Positions 1-9,470 of a DNA stretch of 64,000 nucleotides are shown piece by piece. This DNA is from Polyangiaceae bacterium. Lineage in GTDB: Bacteria; Myxococcota_A; Polyangia; Polyangiales; Polyangiaceae. The translations under genes and the position numbers were made by a program. The notes beneath the pieces are model-generated. The model made no database searches, was not told the origin of the DNA, and worked only from the letters and a program-made list of their open reading frames with translations. The number at the start of each line of letters is the position of its first letter. The stretch's first letter is position 1. The DNA lies in the NCBI GenBank assembly GCA_049840955.1, contig JASGIX010000072.1:68361-132360 (forward strand), written 5' to 3'.

Positions 1-2223
1 CGCACGGGCCCGCTTCTCGAGATCAGCGACCCCATCGACGACCAAGGCACGCGACGGATCGTGCTCGGCGAGCTGCGTGAGGATCTCTCCCTGTGCGGAC
101 GTCCGACGACACTCGCCCCGCGCATGCTTTCCCCGAAGGATTTGACGCTTCGCCCCGCGAAGGTGCAGCGACTGTCCGCGGAAGAACGCGAGCGAGCTCC
201 CGAGCTCGTTGCCGAACCCACCTCGAGCCCCGCCGCATCGCAAGCTTCCGTAGTCACGACGCAACCAACAAAAGAAGCCGATGCCTCGGCCAAGCCCGCC
301 ACGAGCACAGCGAATCCGTCGACCGCTGCAACGACGACGGCGAGCGCGACAGCGACTGCGACCACGGCAGCAAAAAGCGGGTCCTTGGGATCATCAGCGA
401 CGCTCCTCAGACCCCTCGGCGCAAGCAGTGCCATCGGATGGCCCGCGGCGCTCACCGATGGCGATCCCGAAACGACCTGGGCAGAGAATCGCGGCGGCGC
501 AGGGCGCGGCGAGTTCGTCACCTTTCGCGCACCAAGCGACGTTCCCCTGCAAGGGTTCCGCTTCGTCGTGCGCCCCGAAAAGAAGAGCATCCCGAACGGT
601 GCAGGCCCCGAACGACTTTGGCTCGTCACCAACGGACCGATTTATTCGGTGCGCTTTCCGACCGATCCCTGGAAGGCGCCGCTCGTTCAGTGGCATGTGG
701 CCCTCCCTGCCGCGGTGCGCACGGACTGCGTAGCCATCGTCGCCGAGAGCGCGTACGGGGAGAAACCGAATACGGAACTGACGCTCGCCGAAGTCGCCGC
801 GGATTCGGAGTTCGCATCGGCCAACATCGAACAGTTGGTAGGCGCTCTGGCTGGAGGCGGCGCACGCGCGGAAGCCGCGGGCTCGGTGCTCTCGGCGCTC
901 GGAGCGGAGGCACAAGCCGCCGTCGCGCGCGCCTTCGGTAGCTTGGACGAAGACGGACGGCGCGTTGCCCTCGACGTACTCGATCATGCGCCCTGTGGTG
1001 AGTCGAGTCCCGTCTACATCGAAGCCCTGCTCGGCAATGTCGAAGCGCATCGACTGCACGCCATCGATCGCCTCCGTCGCTGTGGTCCCACCGTCGTTGC
1101 CCCCATCGAGCAAGCCCTCGGTGCACGTCCGACGCCGAAGCATCGCCCGCTCCTCGAGCTCTTCACCGAGGTCGCACCCGATCGCGCCATTGCGTATCTC
1201 GCGCCGCGACTCGTGGGCAACCCGAAGCATCGACGCTGGCTTCGAGAACTCGTGACCCAGGCCGCGCGCTCACCGAAAGCGAGCGACACGATCACGACCG
1301 AGCTAGCGTCGAAAGAGCTTCCGAAATCCGCCGTGGTCGATCTGATGCGGGCACTCGGAGCTCGGCTCGAAAGATACGCCGAGGTCGCCGTGCCGAGACT
1401 CGAGGGGCTCCTCGAGAACGAGACGGATTGGAAGACACGCTATCTCCTCGTGGAGCCGGCGCATCGCTTGGCGAAAGCGAGTCGGATCCTCTCGAAGCGG
1501 CTCGCAGAAACGATGAGCAAGGATCCGCGTTTCGAGGTACGGCTCGAAGCAGTGCGGTCGACGATCGACGTCGAGCTCTTCGCCAACGAGATCCTCGCCG
1601 CAACCTCGGATCCCGAAGTGCGGGTTCGAGAAGCAGCAACGCAGGTCCTCGCCAAACACCACGCGCCGAACGCTCGCGCTGCGCTCGCCGAACGCTTGAA
1701 CGTCGATCCGTGGCCGCTCGTGCGCGCCCAAGCGGCGGAATCCCTCGCGACGCAGCCGCAGGATTCGACTGCCGATCACGCTCTCGTCGACGCCCTCGAC
1801 GACTCGGCATGGGTCGTTCGAGCCGCCGTCGCCGAAGCCATCGGCAAGAAGCAGATCTCGCTCGCCGGCGCCGCACTACTCGACCGATTCGAAGACAAGG
1901 ACGAACGCGTCGAGGTCCGTTTGGCGGCAGTGAGCAGCCTGGGACAACTCTGCTACGAGCCCGCCCTCGACAGTCTGACGGATCAAGCTCGCAAGCTATC
2001 GTCCCCAGGAATGGATTTGCGCGCACGCTCCCTCTCGGCGAGTGCACTCGCCGCCCTCGCGGAGATCCACCCGGCAGATCTTGCGAAACGGCTCGATCCG
2101 CTCCTCTCGAACTCGAACGTTTCTCCCGAGGTCCGAAGAGCCGTCAAAGCAGCACTTGCGACCGAAACTCGCTGCCAGCCCGCGAAAGCCCCGCGGACGG
2201 CGTGGCTCGAAGAAAGCCCCTGA
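1..2223 (+). CDS. HEAT-repeat protein with a central discoidin (F5/8 type C)-like domain. The frame is open from base 1, so the 5' end may lie upstream of the window. The first in-frame GTG is at 61.
   Basis: 720-aa ORF. An Ala/Thr-rich linker is followed by a segment GDPETTWAENRGGAGRGEFVTFRAP...LTLAEV that resembles galactose-binding/discoidin folds. The C-terminal half carries repeated units of about 30 aa (EVRLEAVRS, EVRVREAATQVL, WVVRAAVAEAIG, VEVRLAAVSSLG, PEVRRAVKAAL), typical of PBS-lyase/HEAT repeats. Confidence 0.6.
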   Translation, partial: RTGPLLEISDPIDDQGTRRIVLGELREDLSLCGRPTTLAPRMLSPKDLTLRPAKVQRLSAEERERAPELVAEPTSSPAASQASVVTTQPTKEADASAKPATSTANPSTAATTTASATATATTAAKSGSLGSSATLLRPLGASSAIGWPAALTDGDPETTWAENRGGAGRGEFVTFRAPSDVPLQGFRFVVRPEKKSIPNGAGPERLWLVTNGPIYSVRFPTDPWKAPLVQWHVALPAAVRTDCVAIVAESAYGEKPNTELTLAEVAADSEFASANIEQLVGALAGGGARAEAAGSVLSALGAEAQAAVARAFGSLDEDGRRVALDVLDHAPCGESSPVYIEALLGNVEAHRLHAIDRLRRCGPTVVAPIEQALGARPTPKHRPLLELFTEVAPDRAIAYLAPRLVGNPKHRRWLRELVTQAARSPKASDTITTELASKELPKSAVVDLMRALGARLERYAEVAVPRLEGLLENETDWKTRYLLVEPAHRLAKASRILSKRLAETMSKDPRFEVRLEAVRSTIDVELFANEILAATSDPEVRVREAATQVLAKHHAPNARAALAERLNVDPWPLVRAQAAESLATQPQDSTADHALVDALDDSAWVVRAAVAEAIGKKQISLAGAALLDRFEDKDERVEVRLAAVSSLGQLCYEPALDSLTDQARKLSSPGMDLRARSLSASALAALAEIHPADLAKRLDPLLSNSNVSPEVRRAVKAALATETRCQPAKAPRTAWLEESP

Positions 2224-2227
2224 ACCC

Positions 2228-3289
2228 ATGATGCCCCCAAAGAATCGCATCCTCGTCACCGGAGCCTCGGGATTTTTGGGCTCTCGTCTCGTCAAACAAC
2301 TCGTGGCTCGAGGAGAGTCCGTCAAAGCCTTCGTGCGCGCAGGGTCTCGACTCGAGATGTTCACGGGACTCCCTCCCGAGTCCTTCGAACTCGCCTACGG
2401 CGACGTGCTCGTCAGAGATTCGGTGTACCGAGCGCTCGCCGGTTGCACGCGGTTGATCGACGTCGCCGGCAACTTCTCGATGTGGGCGCAAGATCCCGCG
2501 AGCATCATGGAGCCCGCCGTGCTCGGCACGAAGAACGTGCTCTGGGCCGCCAAACGTCGCGACGTCGAGCGCATCGTCATGACGAGCAGCGTCGGGGTGC
2601 TTGGCGTTACCGACGGACCGACGACCCTCACCGAATCCCACGGCTTCAACGTCGAGGATCCCGAGACGTACTACCTCTCGAAATTGCGAGCAGACGAGAT
2701 CGTTCGCGAAGCGCAGTCCGCGGGGCTGCCCATCGTGAGCGTCTTGCCCGCCGCACTCTTTGGACCTGGTGATTGGAAGCCCACCCCCAACGGGCGATTG
2801 CTCCTCGACTACCTCCGACGCAGCCCCGATTTCCGTGTTCCTATTTTCGAAGGTGGTTTCAATCTCGTAGACGTCGATGACGTCGCGATGGGACACGTCC
2901 TTGCGCTCGAGCGCGGCCGCCCTGGCGAACGGTACATCCTCGGCGGCGACAACGTGACCTACGAGCAGCTCTTCTCGACCTTGAGCGACTTGACGGGTCT
3001 TGCCGCTCCTGGCGGCCGCGTCGGACGAGCGACGCTGGAGCTCCTCGCCGTGTTCGTGAAGCTCTGGGCGCGCTGGACCGGTGAACCGCCACCCATTACT
3101 CGAAAGCTCATCAAGCATCGCGTCAACAAGTACTCGTGGGTGAGCAGCGAGAAGGCGGAACACGACTTGGGTTACCGCCATCGCCCCCATCGTGAGACCC
3201 TCGATCGCGCCATTCGTTGGTACCTGAAGAACCACTACCTGACGGAACAACAGGCGCGACGGATCTGGCTCGAGCTTCGAACGGCGTAA
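2228..3289 (+). CDS. NAD-dependent epimerase/dehydratase (extended SDR, dihydroflavonol-reductase/HpnA-like)
   Basis: The ATG at 2228 gives MMPPKNRILVTGASGFLGSRLV, a Rossmann TGxxGxxG motif. The ORF also contains YYLSK (the YxxxK catalytic motif). The longer track ORF from 2042 overlaps the upstream gene and is probably not used. Confidence 0.8.
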   Translation: MMPPKNRILVTGASGFLGSRLVKQLVARGESVKAFVRAGSRLEMFTGLPPESFELAYGDVLVRDSVYRALAGCTRLIDVAGNFSMWAQDPASIMEPAVLGTKNVLWAAKRRDVERIVMTSSVGVLGVTDGPTTLTESHGFNVEDPETYYLSKLRADEIVREAQSAGLPIVSVLPAALFGPGDWKPTPNGRLLLDYLRRSPDFRVPIFEGGFNLVDVDDVAMGHVLALERGRPGERYILGGDNVTYEQLFSTLSDLTGLAAPGGRVGRATLELLAVFVKLWARWTGEPPPITRKLIKHRVNKYSWVSSEKAEHDLGYRHRPHRETLDRAIRWYLKNHYLTEQQARRIWLELRTA

Positions 3290-3293
3290 GATC

Positions 3294-4085
3294 ATGAGCA
3301 ACTTCACCGTCTCCCAAAACCCGTCCCGCTATCACATCGTTGGCCTCAAAACCCAGCGCTACGCGCTCCCACCTTCGTCCGGCGTCGCGTTCGCCGAAGG
3401 GCTCTTGTTCGGCCTTCCTGGTGGCGCGCTCCTCGCCCTCCCGGTTGCTTTGCGCAGCACAGCGAACTGGGATCGGGCTGCCTTCGTTTGGATGGGAGCC
3501 GCAGGTCTTTACGGTATGCTCCTCGGCATTCTTGCGGCGGCGATCCGTGTCGCGCGTCCGCTGCCTCGACGTTCGCCCGCGCTCCCCCTCGGGCTCGGCT
3601 TCGCGCTCGGGCCGCTCGCTCTGCTCGGCACGCTACTGCACGGCCATACACACCATCGGCCCCTCGGTGCCGCCACTTATGCCGTCATGAGCGGGATCGT
3701 CGTGGCATTGAGCTGGGCCTTCGCAGCGCGTGTGCTCACCAATCTGCGCTCGCCGTATCCACGTCGACGCACCTTCGGCTTCGTCCTTGCCGGCGTGCTC
3801 ACGCTCGTCTCACTGGTATGCTTGTCATTGCCCCTGCTTTCGTGGCTGCGTCATTTCGGCGCCCACAAGCTGCTCTCGAGCGCCATCATCGACGGCTCCC
3901 TCGGCGTTGCCGTTGCCCTCGTCGGCGGATTCGCACGGTTCCCAGTCAAACTCGAGTCCGCAGCCCGTACGGCGGGACCGCTCGCCTTCGGCGTATGTGC
4001 GCTGTCTCTCACTGTGGCGTTGCAGCAAGTCGAGATTGCACCCGCATTGGCTCGCAGCAGTCTGCTCTGGGCTTGGCTCAGCTAG
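3294..4085 (+). CDS. Polytopic membrane protein, function unknown
   Basis: 263-aa ORF starting 5 nt after the upstream stop. It has several long hydrophobic stretches (LLFGLPGGALLALPVAL, GLYGMLLGILAAAI, VLAGVLTLVSLVCLSLPLL). I recognise no family. Confidence 0.5.
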   Translation: MSNFTVSQNPSRYHIVGLKTQRYALPPSSGVAFAEGLLFGLPGGALLALPVALRSTANWDRAAFVWMGAAGLYGMLLGILAAAIRVARPLPRRSPALPLGLGFALGPLALLGTLLHGHTHHRPLGAATYAVMSGIVVALSWAFAARVLTNLRSPYPRRRTFGFVLAGVLTLVSLVCLSLPLLSWLRHFGAHKLLSSAIIDGSLGVAVALVGGFARFPVKLESAARTAGPLAFGVCALSLTVALQQVEIAPALARSSLLWAWLS

Positions 4086-4360
4086 AACAAGACCCACGCG
4101 CGGACACCGGAGCATCCGTCCAGGATGACCCGCGGGCGCAGAGACGGTTTCCGGAAACCTGCTGGTGACGATTCGAGCGAGTCACTGCGGTAACCGGCTC
4201 GACCCACCTGAGGCGCGATCGGGTTCGCTTCGGTGACTGACGTGGGTCGAGCGGCGCGCGCTGCCGCGGCCAGGCGCTGGATAACCCAATACAACGCAAA
4301 GAGTTTTGGCGGCGCGCGCGTCCGCGCGTTGACTCGGACGCAAGCCGACCTTACGTTGGC

Positions 4361-5659
4361 TTGCATCCCGTGATCTGGCACCGAAAACGCTGGGCGGACG
4401 CTTCGAGCCCCTTTGGACGATGGCTTCAGTTGCTGTGGGCTGGTGTCGTTTTGACCCTCGGGCTTGCAGCTGCCGCCGCGCCCGAAGCACCGCTCGAAGC
4501 ACCCCGAGCAGCGGAGGCGGCCGCAAGCACGCTCGATCCCGCCGTCCATCGTCCTCCGGAGGACGCGCCCAACGCGATGGTCGAGGGAATACGATTGCCA
4601 CCTCCGCCTTCGGGGTTCAAGCGCCACAACAGCGGATGGATCGAGTACGCCTATCCTCCAGAGGTACGGTCGCGCCTGACGAACTTGATGGAGGTCGCGG
4701 AGACCACGCGAGCCGATCTCACGGAGAAGCTCGGGAGGCCCGTACTCGGACGCGTGCATGTGCGGATTGCCCGCACTCCACGTGAAATGGCGACGCTCGC
4801 CCCAGAAAACGCTCCTTATCCGAAGTACGCGGCGGGAGTCGCTTATTCGGAGCTCGGGCTCATCCTGCTCACGCTCGATCCCGTTCATCCGAATCAGAGA
4901 CACGACGTCGTCGAAACGTTCAAACATGAATTGGGACACGTTGCCCTCCACGATGCCCTCGGGGGAAAACCCGTCCCACGTTGGTTCAACGAAGGGTTTG
5001 CAGTCTTCGTGTCGGGCGAAAGTTCACTACCCCGACTGCAGACCCTTTGGACTGCAACGGTCTCGGGAAACTTGATCCCCTTCGATCGTCTCGAGCGCAG
5101 TTTTCCCGAGGACGCACAAGCGGCGTCCGTCGCGTACGCGCAAGCCGCAGATATCGTGCGCTACTTGGTGCGACATCAAGATCGCTACCGGTTCGATGCA
5201 TTGGTCGAACAACTCGCGAAGGGAAAGACCTTCGATCAATCGCTGCTCGCTTCCTACGATATCGATCGCCGATCCCTCGAAACCGAATGGCGTGAAGACG
5301 TATCGAAGCGATACACTTATTGGCCAATTCTCTCGAGCACCGCCGTGCTCTGGACGGGCATCGTGGTTCTCTTCTTCGTCGGCTATCGCCGACGGAAGCG
5401 CCGAAACGCCGAAACCCTCGAACGCTGGCGCAAGGAAGAGGCGACCGAAGACGCGCGAAACGCCGCCCGCGAGGCGGCGCGTCGTGCACTTTTCGAGAAG
5501 GCGTTGCTCGAGGCATCAGCCATGGAGCCCGAGCGTCGCGTCCACATCGTCGTGGCCAGTCCTTCGGCACCGAGCGCACCCAAGCCACGCCCGCCGGTGA
5601 GCTCGACATCCGAGATCCCGACGGTCGAGCACGACGGCGGCGTGCACACGCTGCACTAG
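4361..5659 (+). CDS. Secreted or membrane-anchored zinc metallopeptidase, peptidase-MA-like
   Basis: N-terminal signal-like segment (WLQLLWAGVVLTLGLAAAAA). HExxH motif in FKHELGHVALHD, followed by WFNEGFAVFVSGE as in MA-clan peptidase_MA_2 domains. C-terminal TM helix (ILSSTAVLWTGIVVLFFVGY) and a basic tail. TTG start at 4361, or GTG at 4370. Confidence 0.65.
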   Translation: MHPVIWHRKRWADASSPFGRWLQLLWAGVVLTLGLAAAAAPEAPLEAPRAAEAAASTLDPAVHRPPEDAPNAMVEGIRLPPPPSGFKRHNSGWIEYAYPPEVRSRLTNLMEVAETTRADLTEKLGRPVLGRVHVRIARTPREMATLAPENAPYPKYAAGVAYSELGLILLTLDPVHPNQRHDVVETFKHELGHVALHDALGGKPVPRWFNEGFAVFVSGESSLPRLQTLWTATVSGNLIPFDRLERSFPEDAQAASVAYAQAADIVRYLVRHQDRYRFDALVEQLAKGKTFDQSLLASYDIDRRSLETEWREDVSKRYTYWPILSSTAVLWTGIVVLFFVGYRRRKRRNAETLERWRKEEATEDARNAAREAARRALFEKALLEASAMEPERRVHIVVASPSAPSAPKPRPPVSSTSEIPTVEHDGGVHTLH

Positions 5660-5673
5660 AGCAACTGGGAGCG

Positions 5674-5849
5674 GGGACTGGGACTGGGAGCAGCTGTCAG
5701 CTCTCAGCTGTCAGCTCTCAGCTGTCAGCTCGGAGACCTGGGACTGATGGCTGAAGCCTGAAAGCTGATAGCCGAAAGCTGAAGCCGTCACCGTCACCGT
5801 CACGGTCACACTCACCGTCCCTGTCTCTGTCTCTGTCTCTGTCTCTGTC
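5674..5849. repeat. Composite microsatellite block: (GGGACT)n, (CAGCTGTCAGCTCT)x3, GCTGAA/GCTGAT-type units, (GTCACC)n, (CTGTCT)x5
   Basis: Read directly from the sequence. It begins 15 nt after the peptidase stop codon and ends about 125 nt upstream of the first four-helix-bundle gene. Confidence 0.9.
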
Positions 5850-5973
5850 GCCGCCGTCTCGTTCGAAATCAGGCTGCGCATGCCTTGCGGCGCACTTTTC
5901 TTGCCGCCGCCGATGAGATGCGGCGATGGGATCGCTTCGCGGCGTCACGAAAAGATGCGCCGAGAGGGAGGTC

Positions 5974-6311
5974 ATGCACAGCCTGATTTCGAACCAACTC
6001 TTGAACGAAGCAACGGCAATCATCGCGAGCGCGAGGCCGCTCGTCGTGGCAATCGAACGGCGCGATTGCGACTTGGGCAACCAAATCCGTCGAGCGCTAA
6101 ATAGTGTGGTTCTGAATGTCGCGGAAGGATTCGCTGCCGCGGTGGGAATGCGCGCATGCGCTTCGAGTCGGCGCACGGCTCACTGTCGGAGGTGCGCGCC
6201 GCTTTGAGCGCCGCGGTCGCGTGGCAGTACGTACACGAAGCACACATTGACGAGCTGAACCGAAGGCTTCACTCGCTGGGAGCGCGGCTTTATGGACTGA
6301 TGCGACGCTGA
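5974..6311 (+). CDS. Four-helix-bundle protein (23S rRNA intervening-sequence protein / Avd-like family), frameshifted as assembled near 6140-6150
   Basis: Strong RBS (GAGGGAGGTC) before the ATG at 5974. The N-terminal frame reads MHSLISNQLLNEATAIIASARPLVVAIERRDCDLGNQIRRALNSVVLNVAEGF. After a 1-nt shift the next frame reads GNARMRFESAHGSLSEVRAALSAAVAWQYVHEAHIDELNRRLHSLGARLYGLMRR. This is colinear with the intact paralog at 6436-6780. Confidence 0.75.
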
Positions 6312-6322
6312 ACACGGCGACC

Positions 6323-6440
6323 GGGACTGGGACTGGGACAGCGACAGCGACTGCGACCGAAGGCTGATAGCTGAAGGCTGATAGCTGAAGGCTGATAGCT
6401 GAAGGCTGATAGCTGAAGGCTGATAGCTAACGCAGTCACC
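6323..6440. repeat. Composite microsatellite block: (GGGACT)x3, (CAGCGA)x3, (GAAGGCTGATAGCT)x5, GTCACCGTC
   Basis: Read directly. It fills the whole gap between the two convergent four-helix-bundle genes. It reuses the unit types (GGGACT, GCTGA-type, GTCACC) seen in the block at 5674-5849. Confidence 0.9.
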
Positions 6441-6780
6441 GTCGCGCAAGCCCATACAAACGCCCGCCAACGGCGTGGAGCGCTGCGAGCAAGTCGGCGG
6501 TTTTGGATTCGTCGAGGTAGCCCCACACAACGGCGAGTTCGAGCGCAACGCGCGCTTCGCTGAGGGAGCCGTGTGCGCTCTGAAAGCGGAGCCGCGCGTT
6601 GCCCGCTTGCGTGCCAAATCCTTCGGCGGCATTGAGCGCAATGCTGCTGAGCGCGCGCCGCGCTTGCGACGCAAGCTCGCGATCGCGCCGCGCGATGATG
6701 TCGACCAAGGGTCGCGCTTGCGCGAGGATGCTCATAATCTGCGTCAAAAGCTGGTCGCGAAGGGGTGTGTGCATGACCAT
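6436..6780 (-). CDS. Four-helix-bundle protein (23S rRNA intervening-sequence protein / Avd-like family)
   Basis: The ATG at 6780 gives MVMHTPLRDQLLTQIMSILAQARPLVDIIARRDRELASQARRALSSIALNAAEGFGTQAGNARLRFQSAHGSLSEARVALELAVVWGYL...GGRLYGLARR. This matches the characteristic pattern of TIGR02436/PF05635-type proteins. The longer track ORF, extending to 7005, is repeat-encoded. Confidence 0.8.
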   Translation of the reverse strand: MVMHTPLRDQLLTQIMSILAQARPLVDIIARRDRELASQARRALSSIALNAAEGFGTQAGNARLRFQSAHGSLSEARVALELAVVWGYLDESKTADLLAALHAVGGRLYGLARR

Positions 6781-6888
6781 CCCCCGGCGCAGCTTGCGTG
6801 CCACCGCTGGCGCATAAACCTCCGCGAATATCGGCGGTGGCGCGGAAGGTGCGCCGAAAGGCCATGCACACGCCACTTCGCGTGCGGC

Positions 6889-7275
6889 TGCAACAGCCGC
6901 AGCAACAGCAACAGCAACAGCCGTAGCGGCTGTGCCTTCTACTGGTGCCGATGCCAATGCCGGTGCCAATGCCGGTGCCGATGCCAATGCCGATGCCGGT
7001 GCCAATGCCGATGCCGGTGCCGATGCCGGTGCCGATGCCGATGCCGATGCCGATGCCGGTGCCGATGCCGGTGCGGCTACCGACGCCGGTGCCGGTGCCG
7101 ATGCCGGTGCCGATGCCGGTGCCGGTGCCGATGCCGATGCCGATGCCGATGCCGATGCCGATGCCGATGCCGATGCCGATGCCGGTGCCGGTGCCGATGC
7201 CGATGCCGATGCCGATGCCGATGCCGATGCCGATGCCGATGCCGATGCCGATGCCGGTGCCGACGCAGGTGCAGG
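6889..7275. repeat. Hexanucleotide microsatellite: short (GCAACA)n, then about 55 units of GCCGAT/GCCGGT/GCCAAT
   Basis: Read directly. The hexamer run from about 6947 to 7275 is essentially uninterrupted. It lies between the chorismate mutase stop (7281) and the start of the four-helix-bundle gene (6780). Confidence 0.95.
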
Positions 7276-7280
7276 TTACC

Positions 7281-7558
7281 CTACGACGTGTGATGTTGCT
7301 CGATGCCGCGCGACTCGTCGATGATGCGTTCGAAGATCCGTCGAACGACTTGGGCGTCGAGTCCCGCGGGAGCGAGGCGCATCAGGCGTTCGAGTACGGC
7401 GCGCTCGCGATCGGCGTCGTAAACGGGGAGGCCACGCTCGCGTTTGTACTCGCCGACTTGGAGCACCAGCTCGATGCGACGCCCAACGAGGCGGAGGATT
7501 TCTCGTCGATATCGTCAATCTCGTTGCGTAACGCAGGCAGGTCGAGCTCGGTTGTCAC
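7281..7558 (-). CDS. Chorismate mutase (AroQ-type, monofunctional size), frameshifted as assembled near 7495-7500
   Basis: The downstream frame reads LQVGEYKRERGLPVYDADRERAVLERLMRLAPAGLDAQVVRRIFERIIDESRGIEQ. The frame from the GTG at 7558 reads VTTELDLPALRNEIDDIDEK. Restoring one A in GAGAAATCC yields EKILRLVGRRIELVLQVGEYK, the canonical AroQ helix 1. Confidence 0.7.
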
Positions 7559-7674
7559 GGGGCCGATAGTAGCTTCCCATCGGTGAACTGGCGAGGCTGT
7601 CCCGTCCTGGAACTGGGGTCAGGACGCCCAGCCAGACCAGCGCGACGGATTTTTGTCGGCTCGACGTGATCACG

Positions 7675-9213
7675 TCATTCGACGATCGCACGCAGCGCGA
7701 AGCTGCCGCCATCGGATTGCACCGACTCCACGATGACGAAGTAATCCCCCGCCGTGACATCGGTCATGGTCACGCTGGACGTGAACCCCTGACTGTCGTC
7801 GTTGCATCCAAGCATCTTCTCCGGAGCCGCCGAACACGAGGGGAGCACGACGATTCCAGTGTCGATCTGCGTCTCGGGCTCGGCGGTCGACAAGGTGAGT
7901 CGTTTCAGGTTGCTCGAGACATGAACCTTGACGACGGCTTCGGGTCGCCCGCGTGCGGTGGATCCGAAGCAGCCGTCGGGAGGATCCCAAGCGCTGTAGC
8001 CCGAGATGACACCGGTGAATCTCTTCGGATCGCTTTGTACGTTCCACACCGGCGCAACGGCGCAGCGATTCGATTGGGCTTGCGCGTACGTCGTGCAAAA
8101 TGCCGACCCCGCCTGACGCCCGGGCAAGCAGACCGTTCCGTCGGCGCAAATGTCGAAGCCGTCGAGGTCACAGGTCTGATTGAGCTGCCGAGTGAGCCTG
8201 GTCGTAATCGCGTATACCTCCGTCGTGCTCTCGTTTTGTCGAGAGTCGATCGCGGTGAGTCCCACCTTTGGAACGAGCTTCTCGAATCCCCAACCCGCTT
8301 CGTCGACGAAAACATACCCACCAGATCCGTTCTTGATCCCAACCTCGACCTCGAAGCTCGTCGCGTCTGGCACTTCGTCTCCGTCCAGATCGAGGGAGAT
8401 CGGCACGTTCTTGTCCGTGAGAAAGTCGACACGCACGAAGAGAACGTCCTCGTCAGGATCGACGCCACGTAAGCGCATGAAAGGTCCTTCGGTACCTCGT
8501 TGAAAAGCTCCGCGAGTGATGGTCGGTTTGGTTCCCTCTTCGCACGTGGCGGGTTCGCCCACGCACGAGAACCCCTGACGGCAGCGGCTCGTGACGAACG
8601 AAGGATCGCAAGCCTCGCCCAGCACTGAAATCGTCGGCTTCTCGATCTTCACGCTCACCGGTTCCGTCGCCTTGCCGTCGCGATCGAACAGCTTGACTTC
8701 GACCGTCGTGAGATCCTCGTACTTGGCGACTCCGTGCAGCTTCACCATCGTCGTAAAGTCCTTTGCCGTCGGAAGGGTCTCGGGGACGACCCGGCCGTCG
8801 CCACTGTCGAGCTCACCATCGTAGTTCGAATCGAAGAGAATCACTGGCGACGCGTCCCCCTTGCGCAATCCGAGACCGACCGATGCAACCAGCCCGACTT
8901 CACTCGTGCCCGTCACCGTGACGGCGAGATCGTCGCCGATGCGACCTACGATGCGCGCAGAGGCTTCTTTCAACGTCATCTTGTCGGAGATCTCGACGAC
9001 GGTGGTCGCGCTCGTACCGCCGCTGCCCGTGCCGCCCGAACCCGAAGAGCCCTGAGCACCCGAGCCACCCTTGGAGGTCTGAGCCTTGCCGCCCTCGCCA
9101 TCGTCTCCCGCACCGCCCGACGACTTCGACTTCGGAGCGGCACTGCACGCGAGCATCGTCGAGAGAACGAGAAGACCACTGAGAGCTCTGAACCAACGCA
9201 TGAAGGCCGCCAT
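7675..9213 (-). CDS. Lipoprotein, function unknown, with a C-terminal pre-peptidase-C-terminal-like domain
   Basis: The ATG at 9213 (GAAAGG just upstream) gives MAAFMRWFRALSGLLVLSTMLAC with a lipobox (LAC). A Gly/Ser-rich linker follows, then Cys-containing beta-rich regions. The C-terminus ...DVTAGDYFVIVESVQSDGGSFALRAIVE resembles PPC domains. Confidence 0.6.
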   Translation of the reverse strand: MAAFMRWFRALSGLLVLSTMLACSAAPKSKSSGGAGDDGEGGKAQTSKGGSGAQGSSGSGGTGSGGTSATTVVEISDKMTLKEASARIVGRIGDDLAVTVTGTSEVGLVASVGLGLRKGDASPVILFDSNYDGELDSGDGRVVPETLPTAKDFTTMVKLHGVAKYEDLTTVEVKLFDRDGKATEPVSVKIEKPTISVLGEACDPSFVTSRCRQGFSCVGEPATCEEGTKPTITRGAFQRGTEGPFMRLRGVDPDEDVLFVRVDFLTDKNVPISLDLDGDEVPDATSFEVEVGIKNGSGGYVFVDEAGWGFEKLVPKVGLTAIDSRQNESTTEVYAITTRLTRQLNQTCDLDGFDICADGTVCLPGRQAGSAFCTTYAQAQSNRCAVAPVWNVQSDPKRFTGVISGYSAWDPPDGCFGSTARGRPEAVVKVHVSSNLKRLTLSTAEPETQIDTGIVVLPSCSAAPEKMLGCNDDSQGFTSSVTMTDVTAGDYFVIVESVQSDGGSFALRAIVE

Positions 9214-9470
9214 CCTTTCGAAGGAATGCCGAGAAGCAAGAATCGGCAAGCACCTCGTAGAACGGCGCCTTTCGCGGAACAGTGAATGCGTGCCTGGCCC
9301 CCTTGCACGCAAAAAGAGAGCGTCAAACCCTTGACACTCCCTTCGAAAGAGCGAATCCCGCCGCAAGCATCGGCAGGATTCGAAGTGCCCCCCGTCGATT
9401 CCACCACCGACGAGAAGCGGCCCCTGGACGCCCGTTCAAAGGCGTCCAGGGCTTCACACGAGGCGATTCA

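Noticed and set aside
5974-6780. Possible diversity-generating retroelement, because the four-helix-bundle genes belong to the Avd-like family
   Set aside because: No reverse transcriptase ORF is present. No template/variable repeat pair with adenine-specific differences is visible anywhere in the window. The surrounding repeats are microsatellites, not TR/VR.
6932-7586. Long ORFs encoding (GADA)n and (PMPV)n low-complexity proteins (track ORFs 6932-7324 and 6945-7586)
   Set aside because: They exist only because the hexamer array is open in all frames. Their unique 3' parts are antisense to the chorismate mutase gene, and they have no RBS.
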